Both the position numbers and the translations under genes were made by a program. From contig JBHGBC010000047.1 of the NCBI GenBank assembly GCA_041946805.1, positions 1 to 38,250 on the forward strand: 38,250 nt of DNA. Reading direction: 5' to 3'. The notes under the pieces were generated by a model. It saw only the letters and a program-made list of their open reading frames with translations, did no database searches and was not told the origin of the DNA. This stretch comes from a bacterium (GTDB lineage: Bacteria; Hinthialibacterota; Hinthialibacteria; Hinthialibacterales; Hinthialibacteraceae). Shown piece by piece: positions 9,366 to 19,500 of this stretch (position 1 is its first letter; each line of letters starts with the position of its first letter).

Positions 9366-10088
9366 TCAAGGCGCTGTTTTCAAATACGCCTTGTCAATCG
9401 TGAAATCCGCGAAACGCGCCCAGCGTTCGGCGTTTTCGCGGCCGCCTTGGGTGAAGATTCCCACGCGGGGGCGGGGATCCAAGGGGAAAGGATAATTTCC
9501 CGCCATCTCCACGGATGCGCCGTGCTTGAAAACGCCCTTCACGCCTTCGGGTGAAACTTCGAGGCTGAGCGTCACGGGGACCTCGGACGGATCGCCTGTT
9601 TCCGGAAGAGGCAGTTTATTCAGAAACTTGATTTCGGCCTGGATTTCGACGGCCATCACCACCCAGGGTTGGCCGTCCACCATTTCCTTCACCAGCTTGA
9701 TGTAGTTGTCGTCATCCCCGTACAGAATGAGGCCGGCTTGCTCGTATTGCTCCACGGGAGCGAAGCGGAGGTGCACGGATACAGCGGTGGCCGGTTCGGG
9801 CAGCGGGCGCGCGAGGATGTTTTTCGCGTCCTTCCCCCCGCCCATCAGGCCGCCCGGTTCAAGGCGGATCTCCAGGCCGTCCTGGCCCTGGCGGTGCGCG
9901 GCGGGATTTTCACGGATCCAGGTCCAAGGCGCGCCCGGCGCGGCCGCGAAGGACTCTTTCCACGGAAGGGATTCACCGGAAAGGGTTCCCGAACAAGACA
10001 GAAAAACCGCCAGGATGAAAACCAGAATTCCCGGCATCCAACCTGGTATTCGATAGGAATGATTGAGAAGGATCGCGCGTTGCCGCAT
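9366..10088 (-). CDS. DUF1349 / GH43 C-terminal ConA-like beta-sandwich protein, probably secreted
   Basis: Hydrophobic N-terminal segment; motifs WTWIREN, YEQAGLILYGDDDNYIKLVKE, VGIFT...ARFADF; start codon uncertain. Confidence 0.75.
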   Translation of the reverse strand: MRQRAILLNHSYRIPGWMPGILVFILAVFLSCSGTLSGESLPWKESFAAAPGAPWTWIRENPAAHRQGQDGLEIRLEPGGLMGGGKDAKNILARPLPEPATAVSVHLRFAPVEQYEQAGLILYGDDDNYIKLVKEMVDGQPWVVMAVEIQAEIKFLNKLPLPETGDPSEVPVTLSLEVSPEGVKGVFKHGASVEMAGNYPFPLDPRPRVGIFTQGGRENAERWARFADFTIDKAYLKTAP

Positions 10089-10116
10089 GGTTTTGCCCTT
10101 CCCCCCGCAAAGTGAA

Positions 10117-10256
10117 TTCAACCCTTCCGGGGTTGGTTCTTATTTCCCTAACCGTAGGCTATCGCCTACGGCTATTCACGTTGATCCCCTTCGGGGATTG
10201 AATCCACTTCGTCAGCGGCGGTGACGGATTAACGCGCAGCCCGTAACCCACCCAAT
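10117..10256. repeat. intergenic multi-hairpin repeat
   Basis: caacccttccggggttg, ccgtaggctatcgcctacgg and atccccttcggggat hairpins, then a degenerate family B-like element near 10223-10256. Confidence 0.55.
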
Positions 10257-10303
10257 CCGATGCATGAACCATCGCGTCATCCATCAAGACAGCAAAATTT
10301 TCT

Positions 10304-11284
10304 TCACTGAATCCCCGGGCCCCGGGCCGCCAGGATTTGGTTGATGGCCTGGATATCCTCCGCGGCCAGGGTGACTTCGCCGGCCTTGGCGTTTTCGATG
10401 GCCTGTTCGGGATTGCGCGCGCCCGCCAGGGCATGCGTCAATCCCGGCTGGGCAATGGTCCAGGCGATGACCAGTTGGGCGATAGTCAAACCGTACTTGG
10501 CCGCGAAAGGCTTGAATTCATTCAGGAGGGCCATGATTTTTTTCCGGTTTTCGACCGAGAAGCGGGGATCGGAAATGCGCTGGTCGTCGCCGGAAAATTT
10601 CCGGTCCGGGCCGATCTTGCCGCTGAGCGCGCCCAGGGCCAGCGGTGAGTAGGCGAGCATCGCGATGTTGTGCTTCAGGCAATAGGGCAGGATTTCTTTT
10701 TCCAATTGGCGGTCCAGCATGCTGTATTTCTCCTGGTCCGTGTCCAATTGCCCGGCCTGGCGGTATTCCTCCATCTGCGCCACCGTGGCGTTGCTGACGC
10801 CGATCGCCCGGATCTTCCCTTCCCGCTTCAGATCCATCAGGGCGGACATGGTTTCCGCGATGGGCGTGGTGTGGTCCTGCCAGTGGGTCTGCATCAAGTC
10901 GATGCAGTCGATCTTCAGCCGTTTCAGACTTTGCTCGGTCTCGTAGCGGACCGACTCCGCCCCCAGGTAGCGGTGAACCGGCTTGCCGTTTTCATTGAAG
11001 AAGTGCGTTCCCTTGGCGGTGTGCCAAGCCAGGCCGCACTTGGTGGCCACGATGACCTGGTCCCGCCGCCCGGCGATGGCCTTGCCCACGATCTCTTCCG
11101 CATACCCCAGGCCGTACGCGGGCGCGGTGTCGATCAGGGTGATGCCGTGATCGATCCCCGCCTGGATGGCCGCGATCGAGGCCTTCTCTTCCGTGCCGCC
11201 CCACATCCAGCCGCCGATCGCCCAGGTTCCCAATCCGATGACCGTTGCTTCGATTCCCGACGCACCCAAAGGTCTTGTTTTCAT
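10304..11284 (-). CDS. aldo/keto reductase
   Basis: IGLGTWAIGG, IDTAPAYGLGYAE, ATKCG, DLMQTHW, GKIRAIGVSN, YSPLALG. Confidence 0.95.
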   Translation of the reverse strand: MKTRPLGASGIEATVIGLGTWAIGGWMWGGTEEKASIAAIQAGIDHGITLIDTAPAYGLGYAEEIVGKAIAGRRDQVIVATKCGLAWHTAKGTHFFNENGKPVHRYLGAESVRYETEQSLKRLKIDCIDLMQTHWQDHTTPIAETMSALMDLKREGKIRAIGVSNATVAQMEEYRQAGQLDTDQEKYSMLDRQLEKEILPYCLKHNIAMLAYSPLALGALSGKIGPDRKFSGDDQRISDPRFSVENRKKIMALLNEFKPFAAKYGLTIAQLVIAWTIAQPGLTHALAGARNPEQAIENAKAGEVTLAAEDIQAINQILAARGPGIQ

Positions 11285-11408
11285 TTACAGATCTCCTTGG
11301 TGAAAAATAATCACTCCAATGACATGGATTCGTCTGGCCTGTGAGTAATTTTTTTAGATCGCCGGTTCGCTTCCCTTCGTAATGATCGATGAAAACCACC
11401 CCCAATTT

Positions 11409-11466
11409 CCCTCTCCCTCTGGGGGGGTGAGGGTAGTTTTGTAGAGGCGGACCTTAGTGTCCGTCC
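11409..11466 (+). repeat. composite REP-like element: family A (truncated) plus GTAGGGGCGGACC-type family C
   Basis: ccctctccctctgggggggtgaggg followed by gtagaggcggaccttagtgtccgtcc; same arrangement at 38170-38235. Confidence 0.7.
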
Positions 11467-11587
11467 TCATCCCGGAGTGATTGGAATTGATTCTGTCTCA
11501 GTGTGTACGCACTGCCGGGATGACCCATTCTTATATCTCCGGCCAGTAGAGCCTATCGAATGGATCAGCGAGAATTACCTCTACATT

Positions 11588-11614
11588 CCCTCTCCCTCTG
11601 GGAGAGGGTGAGGG
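11588..11614 (+). repeat. REP-like palindrome, family A
   Basis: CCCTCTCCC-TCT-GGGAGAGGG-TGAGGG. Confidence 0.8.
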
Positions 11615-11812
11615 GAAGCCAACTCATTGGACTTCACCCTCACTAGCCACGTTAAAAATCCTGCCGAAGATTGAAAAGAACCCCTTCAGGGGACAGATAT
11701 AAAGTAGCCCAGGATTTTTGCCCTGAGTCAATCTTTCATGCTTCCATTCTAAGGATTTGAATCTTCATGAGAAGGTTTCCGGACCGGCGGCTGACTTGGC
11801 CTCTCCCCGGCC

Positions 11813-13168
11813 TCATTGACCCAACAGACGCTTGCCTTCGGCGATCAGCCGCTGGGTTTTCTCGATCCCCTCGGCCTCGGCGATGATCCGCACGATCGGC
11901 TCGGTGTTGGAGCAGCGCAGGTGCAGCCACGCGCCGGAGCGGATGATCTTCACGCCGTCGCGGGTGTCCACTTCGCCGCCGAGGTCCATTGCGGCGATTT
12001 CCGTCAAACGTTCACGGGCCTTCTCCAGGTCCATGGTGATTTTGTCCTTGAGGATGATGTAACCGGGATATTCCGCCACCAGTCCGCTGATGCTTTTCCC
12101 GCTTTGCGCCATGAGCCAGAGCACCAAAGCGGCGGCGGTCAATGAATCGCGGCCGTTGTGGACGGCGGGATACATCACGCCCCCGTTGCCCTCGCCGCCG
12201 ATGACCGCGTGATTTTCACGGATGCACCGCGCGACGTTGGCCTCTCCGATCGCGGCGCGAATCACCCGGCCTCCGGCTTGCCGCGCGGCGTAATCGGTGA
12301 GCATGGAGGTGGAGAGGTTGACCACCACGTTCCCTCCGCCTGATTGTTGCAGCGCTGCCTGGACCGCGAACGCCAGGGTGAATTCCTCGCCGATAGGCCG
12401 GCCGTGTTCATCCACCAGCGCCAGGCGGTCGGCGTCGGGATCGGCGGCCATGCCCAGATCCGCCTTCGTTTCCCGGACCCATTCACTCAAACGGCCCAGA
12501 TTTTCCGGAACCGGCTCCAGTCCCCGCTGAAAGTTCCCGTCCGGTTCGCAATCCAGCCGCACCACTTCGCAGCCCAACCGTTCCAGGAATGGGGGCAGGA
12601 ACGCGCCGCCCGCCGAGCGGCAGCCATCCACCACCACCCGGTATGGCTTCGCGCGAATGGGGCCGCAATCGACGGCGTTTTCGATCAACCGGACGTGGGT
12701 GTCGAGGGCGGAGTCATCCCGCCGCGACGGCCGGATTTCGTTCCAGGCCGCGTGTTTGAATTCCCCTGGGTGGAGAATCTGAATGTATTCCTGGACGAAC
12801 GCGTCATCCGGAAACGTGCCGTCCGCGCCGAAAAATTTCAGCGCGTTCCACGGGGCGGGATTGTGGCTGGCAGTGATATTGACACCTCCCTTGGCGCCCA
12901 GGGTCCGGATCATGATGCCCACGGTGGGAGTGGGGGCTATGTCCAAGTCGATGACTTCCACACCGCCCGCGAGCAGCCCTGCCTCGGCCGCGTGGCGGAT
13001 CAACAACCCGCTGGGGCGCGCGTCCCGGGCCAGGATCACGGAGCCAGGGCCGGCCAAGCGGGCGTAAGCCCAGGCCATGCGCAAGGCGTTTTCCGCGGTG
13101 AGGTCCTGCCCGATGATGCCCCGCGCCCCGGAAATGGTGATGCGTGGGTAGGTATACGAGTGTGCCAT
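11813..13168 (-). CDS. glmM: phosphohexomutase (phosphoglucosamine mutase / phosphomannomutase family)
   Basis: ISGARG, catalytic TASHNP, metal loop DPDADR, GGEGNGG, RCSNTEP; AGGA upstream of ATG 13168; exact substrate not determinable. Confidence 0.85.
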   Translation of the reverse strand: MAHSYTYPRITISGARGIIGQDLTAENALRMAWAYARLAGPGSVILARDARPSGLLIRHAAEAGLLAGGVEVIDLDIAPTPTVGIMIRTLGAKGGVNITASHNPAPWNALKFFGADGTFPDDAFVQEYIQILHPGEFKHAAWNEIRPSRRDDSALDTHVRLIENAVDCGPIRAKPYRVVVDGCRSAGGAFLPPFLERLGCEVVRLDCEPDGNFQRGLEPVPENLGRLSEWVRETKADLGMAADPDADRLALVDEHGRPIGEEFTLAFAVQAALQQSGGGNVVVNLSTSMLTDYAARQAGGRVIRAAIGEANVARCIRENHAVIGGEGNGGVMYPAVHNGRDSLTAAALVLWLMAQSGKSISGLVAEYPGYIILKDKITMDLEKARERLTEIAAMDLGGEVDTRDGVKIIRSGAWLHLRCSNTEPIVRIIAEAEGIEKTQRLIAEGKRLLGQ

Positions 13169-13257
13169 CGTGGGTTTCCTAATTGGAATTCCTTTCATGT
13201 TTGAATCGTGGTTTGACCGATTTTCTGACTATTTACCGGTACATAGAACCCTTTTCA

Positions 13258-13601
13258 AGCGCCGGCGGCGTGGCATGAGCATAGCCCAGGGCATAGCTGC
13301 AGCATAGGTAATTCATTTCCCTCTCTCTGGAATCCCCTCTCTTTCTGGAATCCCCTCTCCCTCTGGGAGAGGGCCAGGGTGAGGGAAAATCTATCACCAT
13401 GCAAATACCTTACGATTTCACGCGATTCCCCTCCGTTCACATTCTAGGGGCACGATGCCAAGCGCTCCTACTTCCCCTACAGCTACGGACTTCATCAATC
13501 CCGGGATCCATCCACATCCTGGCCATCCTGATTCAGACAATTTACACTCGCCTGTCCCCCTCTATAAAAAATATCCGCATTCTCCTCGTCTCGGCGGTGA
13601 A
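13258..13601 (+). repeat. mosaic intergenic repeat region including family A with short tandem duplications
   Basis: Family A copy at 13353-13385 preceded by two CCCTCTC..TCTGGAATC units; modules shared with 21925-21950, 37052-37190 and 38100-38150. Confidence 0.7.
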
Positions 13602-13667
13602 CGAAAAACGGATTTGGATCGCAATCCAATCTGAGGCGCGCCTTCCTATGTTACTGCAAAACTAACC

Positions 13668-16508
13668 CTATTTCCCTTTGGCGAAGGCCGGAATCAACCG
13701 GTAAGGCGTTTCGCGGGATGGATCCGGCGCGCGGCGGACGTTGCCTATCGCGTCCATGGCTTCCACGGCATAAAGCGCGCCGGAAGAGGTCAGGGGAAAC
13801 GATCCGGTAAACGCAGCCCCGCTTCCCTGCATCGGGATCTCGCGCCAATCCTCGGTGGATGGCAACGGCTTCCACCACAGCTTGGCGGAGGCAATCCCTG
13901 AGGGATCGGAAAACTCGGCGGTGACGGTCACGCGGTTCTTTGCGTCATTCAGGCGATGTTCCACGCGGCCGGCGTGGGGCGGCTCAAGGTCGGGCGTAAT
14001 GATTATCGTGAACGGCGTTCCATCCGGGGGAATGACACGGGTTTGCCCTTCCGCCGGGAGCGTGACGAGGAAGAAATATTGCATCTCGCCTTCGGTGACC
14101 TGCCCGGCCGGTATGGATACATAATACGCGCCCTCGATCCTGGTCTTTTCCAGGGGAAGGCGGCCGGTGCTGCCCTCGCTGTTCTTGAAATTCACATGCA
14201 CCGATTCCGGTTTCAACCTTGGTGGAACCGACAGCGTGAGCATCAACGGCCGTCCAGGTGGAGCATGATAGATCCGGAAATGCCCGTCGATTTCCGGCCA
14301 ATGGGAACCTTCTTGCCACTCCTGGTAGAGATTTTGAATCCAGTGTTCATCCAGGTCGATTTGTGATGGAACCGATTGCCAATGAAACTCCCGGGTCCCA
14401 TCGCGCGCGGGAACCAAAATCGGCCGGTAATGGGCGGATGTATGTTCCTGAACCTCCTTCCACGCCGCGCCGGCGGAATGGAGATTTTCGGAAGCCATCA
14501 CCAGGGAAGGAATATCACCCGACCGTAAATAAGCACCCAGCTGCACGGCCGCGCCGGTCTGCCCGCGCCAGTACCGCGCCAGCGCCTCCAGCGCCTGGAA
14601 ATCCAGCATCCAGGCTTTCCACTCTCTCTGGATTCTCACGAACTGCTGGGAGGCGGCTTCGTCCATGCCTTCGGGGATATGTTTCAATCCCTCGCCGGCG
14701 CCGCGGGCCTGCTCCACCGCCGACGCGGCCGCCTGGGCCGCTTGGTCCAGCATAGTGAGGGGTGAAAGGCGACCATCCGTTTTCCCCAGGGTAATCCCAT
14801 CGATTTCTTCCGTCACGGAGCGGATGGCAAACGAATCGAGCGGCTGCAGTTGATACATTTGGTCCAGATTCAGGGGCGCGGCCATTTCGGGAGCGAAGTC
14901 CAAGCGGTCCGGCCCGGGAAAACCGATGGCGGCGATGGCGGGAACCACGCGGGAGGCCGCCAGCAAGGCGTTGAATAGCCGCGCGCCGGGATCCGCGCCG
15001 AAATGTTCTTGAAAACACTGGACAAAAAACGAATCCACCGTGGCGGGATCATACGCCAGCCATCCCCAGAACAAAAATTCATACCAATCCCGCTCGCAGG
15101 TCCAATTGGAATAACGCAGCGCGGGCTGGTCCGGATTGGTGTAATCATCGGCGTGAGGCTGAAATGTGGAATACGTCTGCAACATGAAGCCATCCGCCCC
15201 CGCGGCGCGCGCCGTTTCCAACGTCCGGCGGATGCAAGCGGTATCCCCCCATGGGAAGATCCGGTGCGTGCCGTTGAAGCCGATCTGATAAAGCAGCGAG
15301 TACTTGTGGGGCAGGTTGAAGTAATCCTGGCAGGAAGCCGTAGGCCAAGCGCTCATCCGGCCGCCCGCCACGGGATACGGCAGGCCCAGATGATCGCCGT
15401 TCCACTTCACGAGCACCACGGATGGGCCGGCATGCGCCCGCGTCAGCTCGTTCACGAGGCGCGGGCTGCCTTCCCCCGGGTGCAGCGCCAACACCGGCTT
15501 GTTGGGCGATTCGGCGACCGCCCGCAGATACGATTGCTCATAAAAACCGGTTGGGATACCCGAGGGTGTAACGAGAAATCCCAGTCCGTCCAGGGTCGGG
15601 CATACGTCCATCAATTGCCGCGCCGTGATGCGTGTGTAGTGGATCAGTTGTTCGCCCGGAAGATAACCGGCCGGCGAACCTTGTGTCATCAAGCCGGTGC
15701 CGGAATTGATCAAGGTGACCGAGATGCCCCGGGTATGGGCCATCCCCAACAGGCGCTGGAATGATCGGAGATTGGCGTCCGCCTGGAGTCGATCCAAGCC
15801 CGCCTGGGGGTATTCGGAGGAGAAGACCATGTACGGCATCAGGTTGGAGTATTCCCCGGTGGCCAGATCGTAAACGCCTTGCAATTCCAGGGCGTTGAAC
15901 CGGTTCCGGGCCAGGGTATCCAGAAATCCCTCCCAAAACGCCGACGAATGATACCAGGAGTAGGGATCTTCCAACGCCTGCCGGTGGATCATCAACTGAA
16001 TGCCACGCACCGGGAGGGCCGGGGACTGCTGGACCTCCCGCACGCGCTGATCCAGGTCCTGTTCGGGGGACGAAAGGCGCAGCTGCCCGGCCAGCTCGAA
16101 CGCGGCGTACATCGTCCCGGTGGCGTCACTGCCGATCGCGTACACCCGCAGTCCCTGGCCATACGAAAATTTCAAGATCGAAAGCGATTCCGCCGCGCCG
16201 GGCATGACGTTCTTGAACAGCGTATCGCCCTCTTTGCCCAACGCTTCGGTATCCAAGGGAGCGATGACAATTTGCAACGGCGCCGCGGGGGGAACCGGGG
16301 GAGTGGGGCCGAAGGTCTTGGTCACCGTCCAGCCTTCACGGATCAGTTCCTTTTCCAATTCCGCGATGCCCGTGAGAACCGGATCCGGCGGCTTGGCCAT
16401 CGGGCACAGAATCTCTACATACGCCGGTGGGGATTCTTCACCCCCCGCCGGAGCGAGGAAGATAAACAAAACGCCTATCCCGATGAGCCGGCCCACGTGG
16501 ATCCTCAT
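13668..16508 (-). CDS. secreted glycoside-hydrolase-like protein (GH67/GH20-type N-domain, barrel, C-terminal Ig-like domains)
   Basis: 946 aa with signal peptide; VYAIGSDATGTMYAAFELA and PALPVRGI motifs; family not assignable. Confidence 0.55.
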   Translation of the reverse strand: MRIHVGRLIGIGVLFIFLAPAGGEESPPAYVEILCPMAKPPDPVLTGIAELEKELIREGWTVTKTFGPTPPVPPAAPLQIVIAPLDTEALGKEGDTLFKNVMPGAAESLSILKFSYGQGLRVYAIGSDATGTMYAAFELAGQLRLSSPEQDLDQRVREVQQSPALPVRGIQLMIHRQALEDPYSWYHSSAFWEGFLDTLARNRFNALELQGVYDLATGEYSNLMPYMVFSSEYPQAGLDRLQADANLRSFQRLLGMAHTRGISVTLINSGTGLMTQGSPAGYLPGEQLIHYTRITARQLMDVCPTLDGLGFLVTPSGIPTGFYEQSYLRAVAESPNKPVLALHPGEGSPRLVNELTRAHAGPSVVLVKWNGDHLGLPYPVAGGRMSAWPTASCQDYFNLPHKYSLLYQIGFNGTHRIFPWGDTACIRRTLETARAAGADGFMLQTYSTFQPHADDYTNPDQPALRYSNWTCERDWYEFLFWGWLAYDPATVDSFFVQCFQEHFGADPGARLFNALLAASRVVPAIAAIGFPGPDRLDFAPEMAAPLNLDQMYQLQPLDSFAIRSVTEEIDGITLGKTDGRLSPLTMLDQAAQAAASAVEQARGAGEGLKHIPEGMDEAASQQFVRIQREWKAWMLDFQALEALARYWRGQTGAAVQLGAYLRSGDIPSLVMASENLHSAGAAWKEVQEHTSAHYRPILVPARDGTREFHWQSVPSQIDLDEHWIQNLYQEWQEGSHWPEIDGHFRIYHAPPGRPLMLTLSVPPRLKPESVHVNFKNSEGSTGRLPLEKTRIEGAYYVSIPAGQVTEGEMQYFFLVTLPAEGQTRVIPPDGTPFTIIITPDLEPPHAGRVEHRLNDAKNRVTVTAEFSDPSGIASAKLWWKPLPSTEDWREIPMQGSGAAFTGSFPLTSSGALYAVEAMDAIGNVRRAPDPSRETPYRLIPAFAKGK

Positions 16509-16528
16509 GGGATTCTCATGGATTTCCC

Positions 16529-19500
16529 TTATTCAGGCAGCGGAGAGGGAGTCAAGTCACCCGGTTGTGACTGCGGCTGAGATTCCGAGGACGCCGGCAT
16601 GGATAGAGTATCGGGCATTGTCTCCGGCGCGGACTGAATCTCCGGCTTGGGCTCGGGAGCTGATTTCGGACTGCCCGCCGCCCCGAAGGTGATCGCGTAC
16701 CGGTCTCCCGTTTCGATGTCCGTGAACCGGATTCCTTTCCGCTGGTTTGATTCGACGATATACCATTGGAACGGGGGTTTCTCCACCCCTCCTTCTCCGC
16801 TTCGCTCCACAGTCAGCGGAGAATCCTTCTGAAACCACTCCGAAGGAAACTCGAACAGTTCCAACAAGGTGGGAGACGGTTCGGCATGATAGATCCGGAG
16901 TTCCACCAGGGTGGAAGATCTCCACCGCCAGGCGCAATCGACGCGGTTGTTGGAACGGAGGATGGGAGACATCGGATCCATTAACGAAATTTCGGTGGCA
17001 GCCAGGCTGGTCATGTCCGGAAAGGCAGAATACGCATTCATGCGCCGGTAAACCATGCCATCCGTGGCGAGCGAACCATGGCGTGTGAGTTTCCCATCCC
17101 GGCTGTGCAGAAAGAGGGACTGGGGAGTCTGGCAGACGGAATACGGACGAAAACCCTGCACGCCTGTCATCGCCAACAAGCCGGTCTGGCCGTTCCAGGC
17201 CAAAAAACCGTCGTTGCCGATCTCGAAACCGGCCGCCTCTTCCGGATGCGCCAGCCAGGATTTCGAACGGTAGTTGGCGTAAATCCGCAAACCGTTGGCG
17301 TATTGCACCGCGATCCGGTCGATCGCGTTCAGTTTCTTCTTTTTGATTACCTCCACCACACTCAAGGACGTATCATCACCCGCCTGATAAGTGATGCCCG
17401 TGACCGCGTTGGCGGGATCGAGGTATTCCCGGGCGGCGGGCGCGAGCAGGCAATAGGCTTCCAATAAATAGCGGCGCAACACCCGTTCCTCGATGCCGGG
17501 AAACCAAACCCGGCTGGATATATACGGTATCCGCCCGCAGGCCAGGGTGGATGCCAGATAATGATCGATGGGAAACAGCCGCAAATCGATGATCTCGCCC
17601 CCGTGAGGATTTTGGTAATATTGCGAATAGGTCCCGAATCCGATGCGCGGCCCGTAGATCCGCCCCACGTGGAGTTCTTCCTCCACCAGATTGAGGGCGT
17701 TGCTGTCGGTCCGGGAGGGGATCATCAGGGCGTCGAACAGGGACGCGGCATACAGATCATACCGGCGGGTGGAGTCGTTCCAGGCCATCATCAAGGGGCC
17801 GGACGCGGACTTGCGCAGGGACGCGCTCCAATCCCGCAGGGCGGAATAAACGGCGGGCGAGGTGGTATCATTCAATCCAAGCCATTGGCAGGGTGAAACC
17901 TTTCCCAATATCCGTTCCAATCCAGCGGGGAAATCGAGCAGCAGGCCGTTGGCATACATTACCCGGTTTGCAGCGGCCACCTCGTTTTGCAGGGCGGATA
18001 ACGATCGCTCCAGCCAACCGCCCTGGGCGGCGGCGGCAAGAGGGCTTGTGGCTGAAGCGATATCCGCCGGGACGGACGCCCCGGCGGGGAGAATCCCGGA
18101 AACCCCGATGACATCGATGACCTGGTTTCCCTTGTCCATCAGGGTTTGACTCAGGCGGAGCAGATTTTGCGAGGTTCCCCACACCGCTTCGGATTCCCCG
18201 CCCGCGGAAGACGAATCCAGGCCGGCATGACGGCTCCAATCCCGCAGCGGGAAAGCGAGGTTTCTCAGTCCCAGAAAATCCAGATCGTCAAAAAACGCCT
18301 GGGCTTCCTCAAAAGCGTCCCCCACGGCCCCGGACCGGTTCACGATCCGCTCGGCGGTTTGGTATGACCGGGTGGCGGGGCTTTCCCAGCGTTTCAAGCC
18401 CGGATTCCAGATGAGCAGCGTGCGGTAGGGGCCGATCTGTTGTTCGTAATACCAGCCCTGACGTCCTTGCTCCTCCGAAAAATCGGCTTTTGAACTGTAG
18501 GTATCGTTTCCCTGCCGGAGAACCAGGTTCATACCCACGTCGCCGCCGGTCATCACCGCCGGTCCCGTGCTGGCGAACAACAACTGATCACCCGCCTCCA
18601 GGGGGAAATTCCCCTCGATCCCCGTCGCGGGCTTGGTAACAGGGTCAAGGACCTGACTGAACAGCAACGCGGATTCTCCGGTCTCTTCCTCCAACAAGTA
18701 AACCTCGCACGTGGCCAGATCTCCACGGAGAAGGGCGAAGGCGCCCTTCAGGGAAACCGTCCCCGAGTGGGGCGCTTCCCAGCGGCGGATGACGCCGCCC
18801 GGCAGCCAGGGACGATGGACAAGAGGAAGCTCGTGAAGATCCATGAACACCCGGTCCCGCGGAGAAATCTGCGGTGCGGCTGCCCGGGGCGGCGGGACGG
18901 GCAACACATCGGCCAGGTTGGAACTGATTGTGACGTACGCGGTCACTTTCAGGCCGGGCCGGCGTCCGGAGGCGTCCGGTACCAGCAACGCGGGAGTGTT
19001 GCCCACTTCGATGGAACGGGTATTGAGCACTTCCGTCCGTCCTTCATAGATTCCAGTGGTGCTGAGCAAAGGATCGGCGTACATGGACAGAAAAAACGAA
19101 TCGTTGGTATGGGCGGCCGGTATGGGACACGCGGGCAGGCGCAGGATTGTGGCATTGTTCGTATACCGCGACTTGCCGAATTCAAATCCCACGTATGACG
19201 CCGTGGCCGAGTTGGTGACATCCCCGGACGCCTGGATGACCAACGTCTTGCCACGGAGTGAAAACGCATACTCTTTCTTCAGTTTCTGGCCGTATAACTC
19301 CTCCTCATAAAACAAATGCACGGTGTTGCCCTGGAGCGCCTGGTCGGCCAGCTGGCAGGTTTTCAGCTGAAAGATATCCTGGGGCGACAACCGCGAACCG
19401 GTTGCGCTCTGGACGATCAGGCCGCCCTGGTAAATGGGTATCAACCGGCTTTTGTCGTCGATCGAGGTACGAACGCTGATCATGCCGCCGATGACGGTGG

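Noticed and set aside
13255..13665. Small ORFs in repeat-rich intergenic DNA (also 21733-22063, 23775-23969, 10159-10434)
   Set aside because: They translate REP modules (e.g. LTLALSQRERG, PHPDPLPQGER) and lack coding bias.
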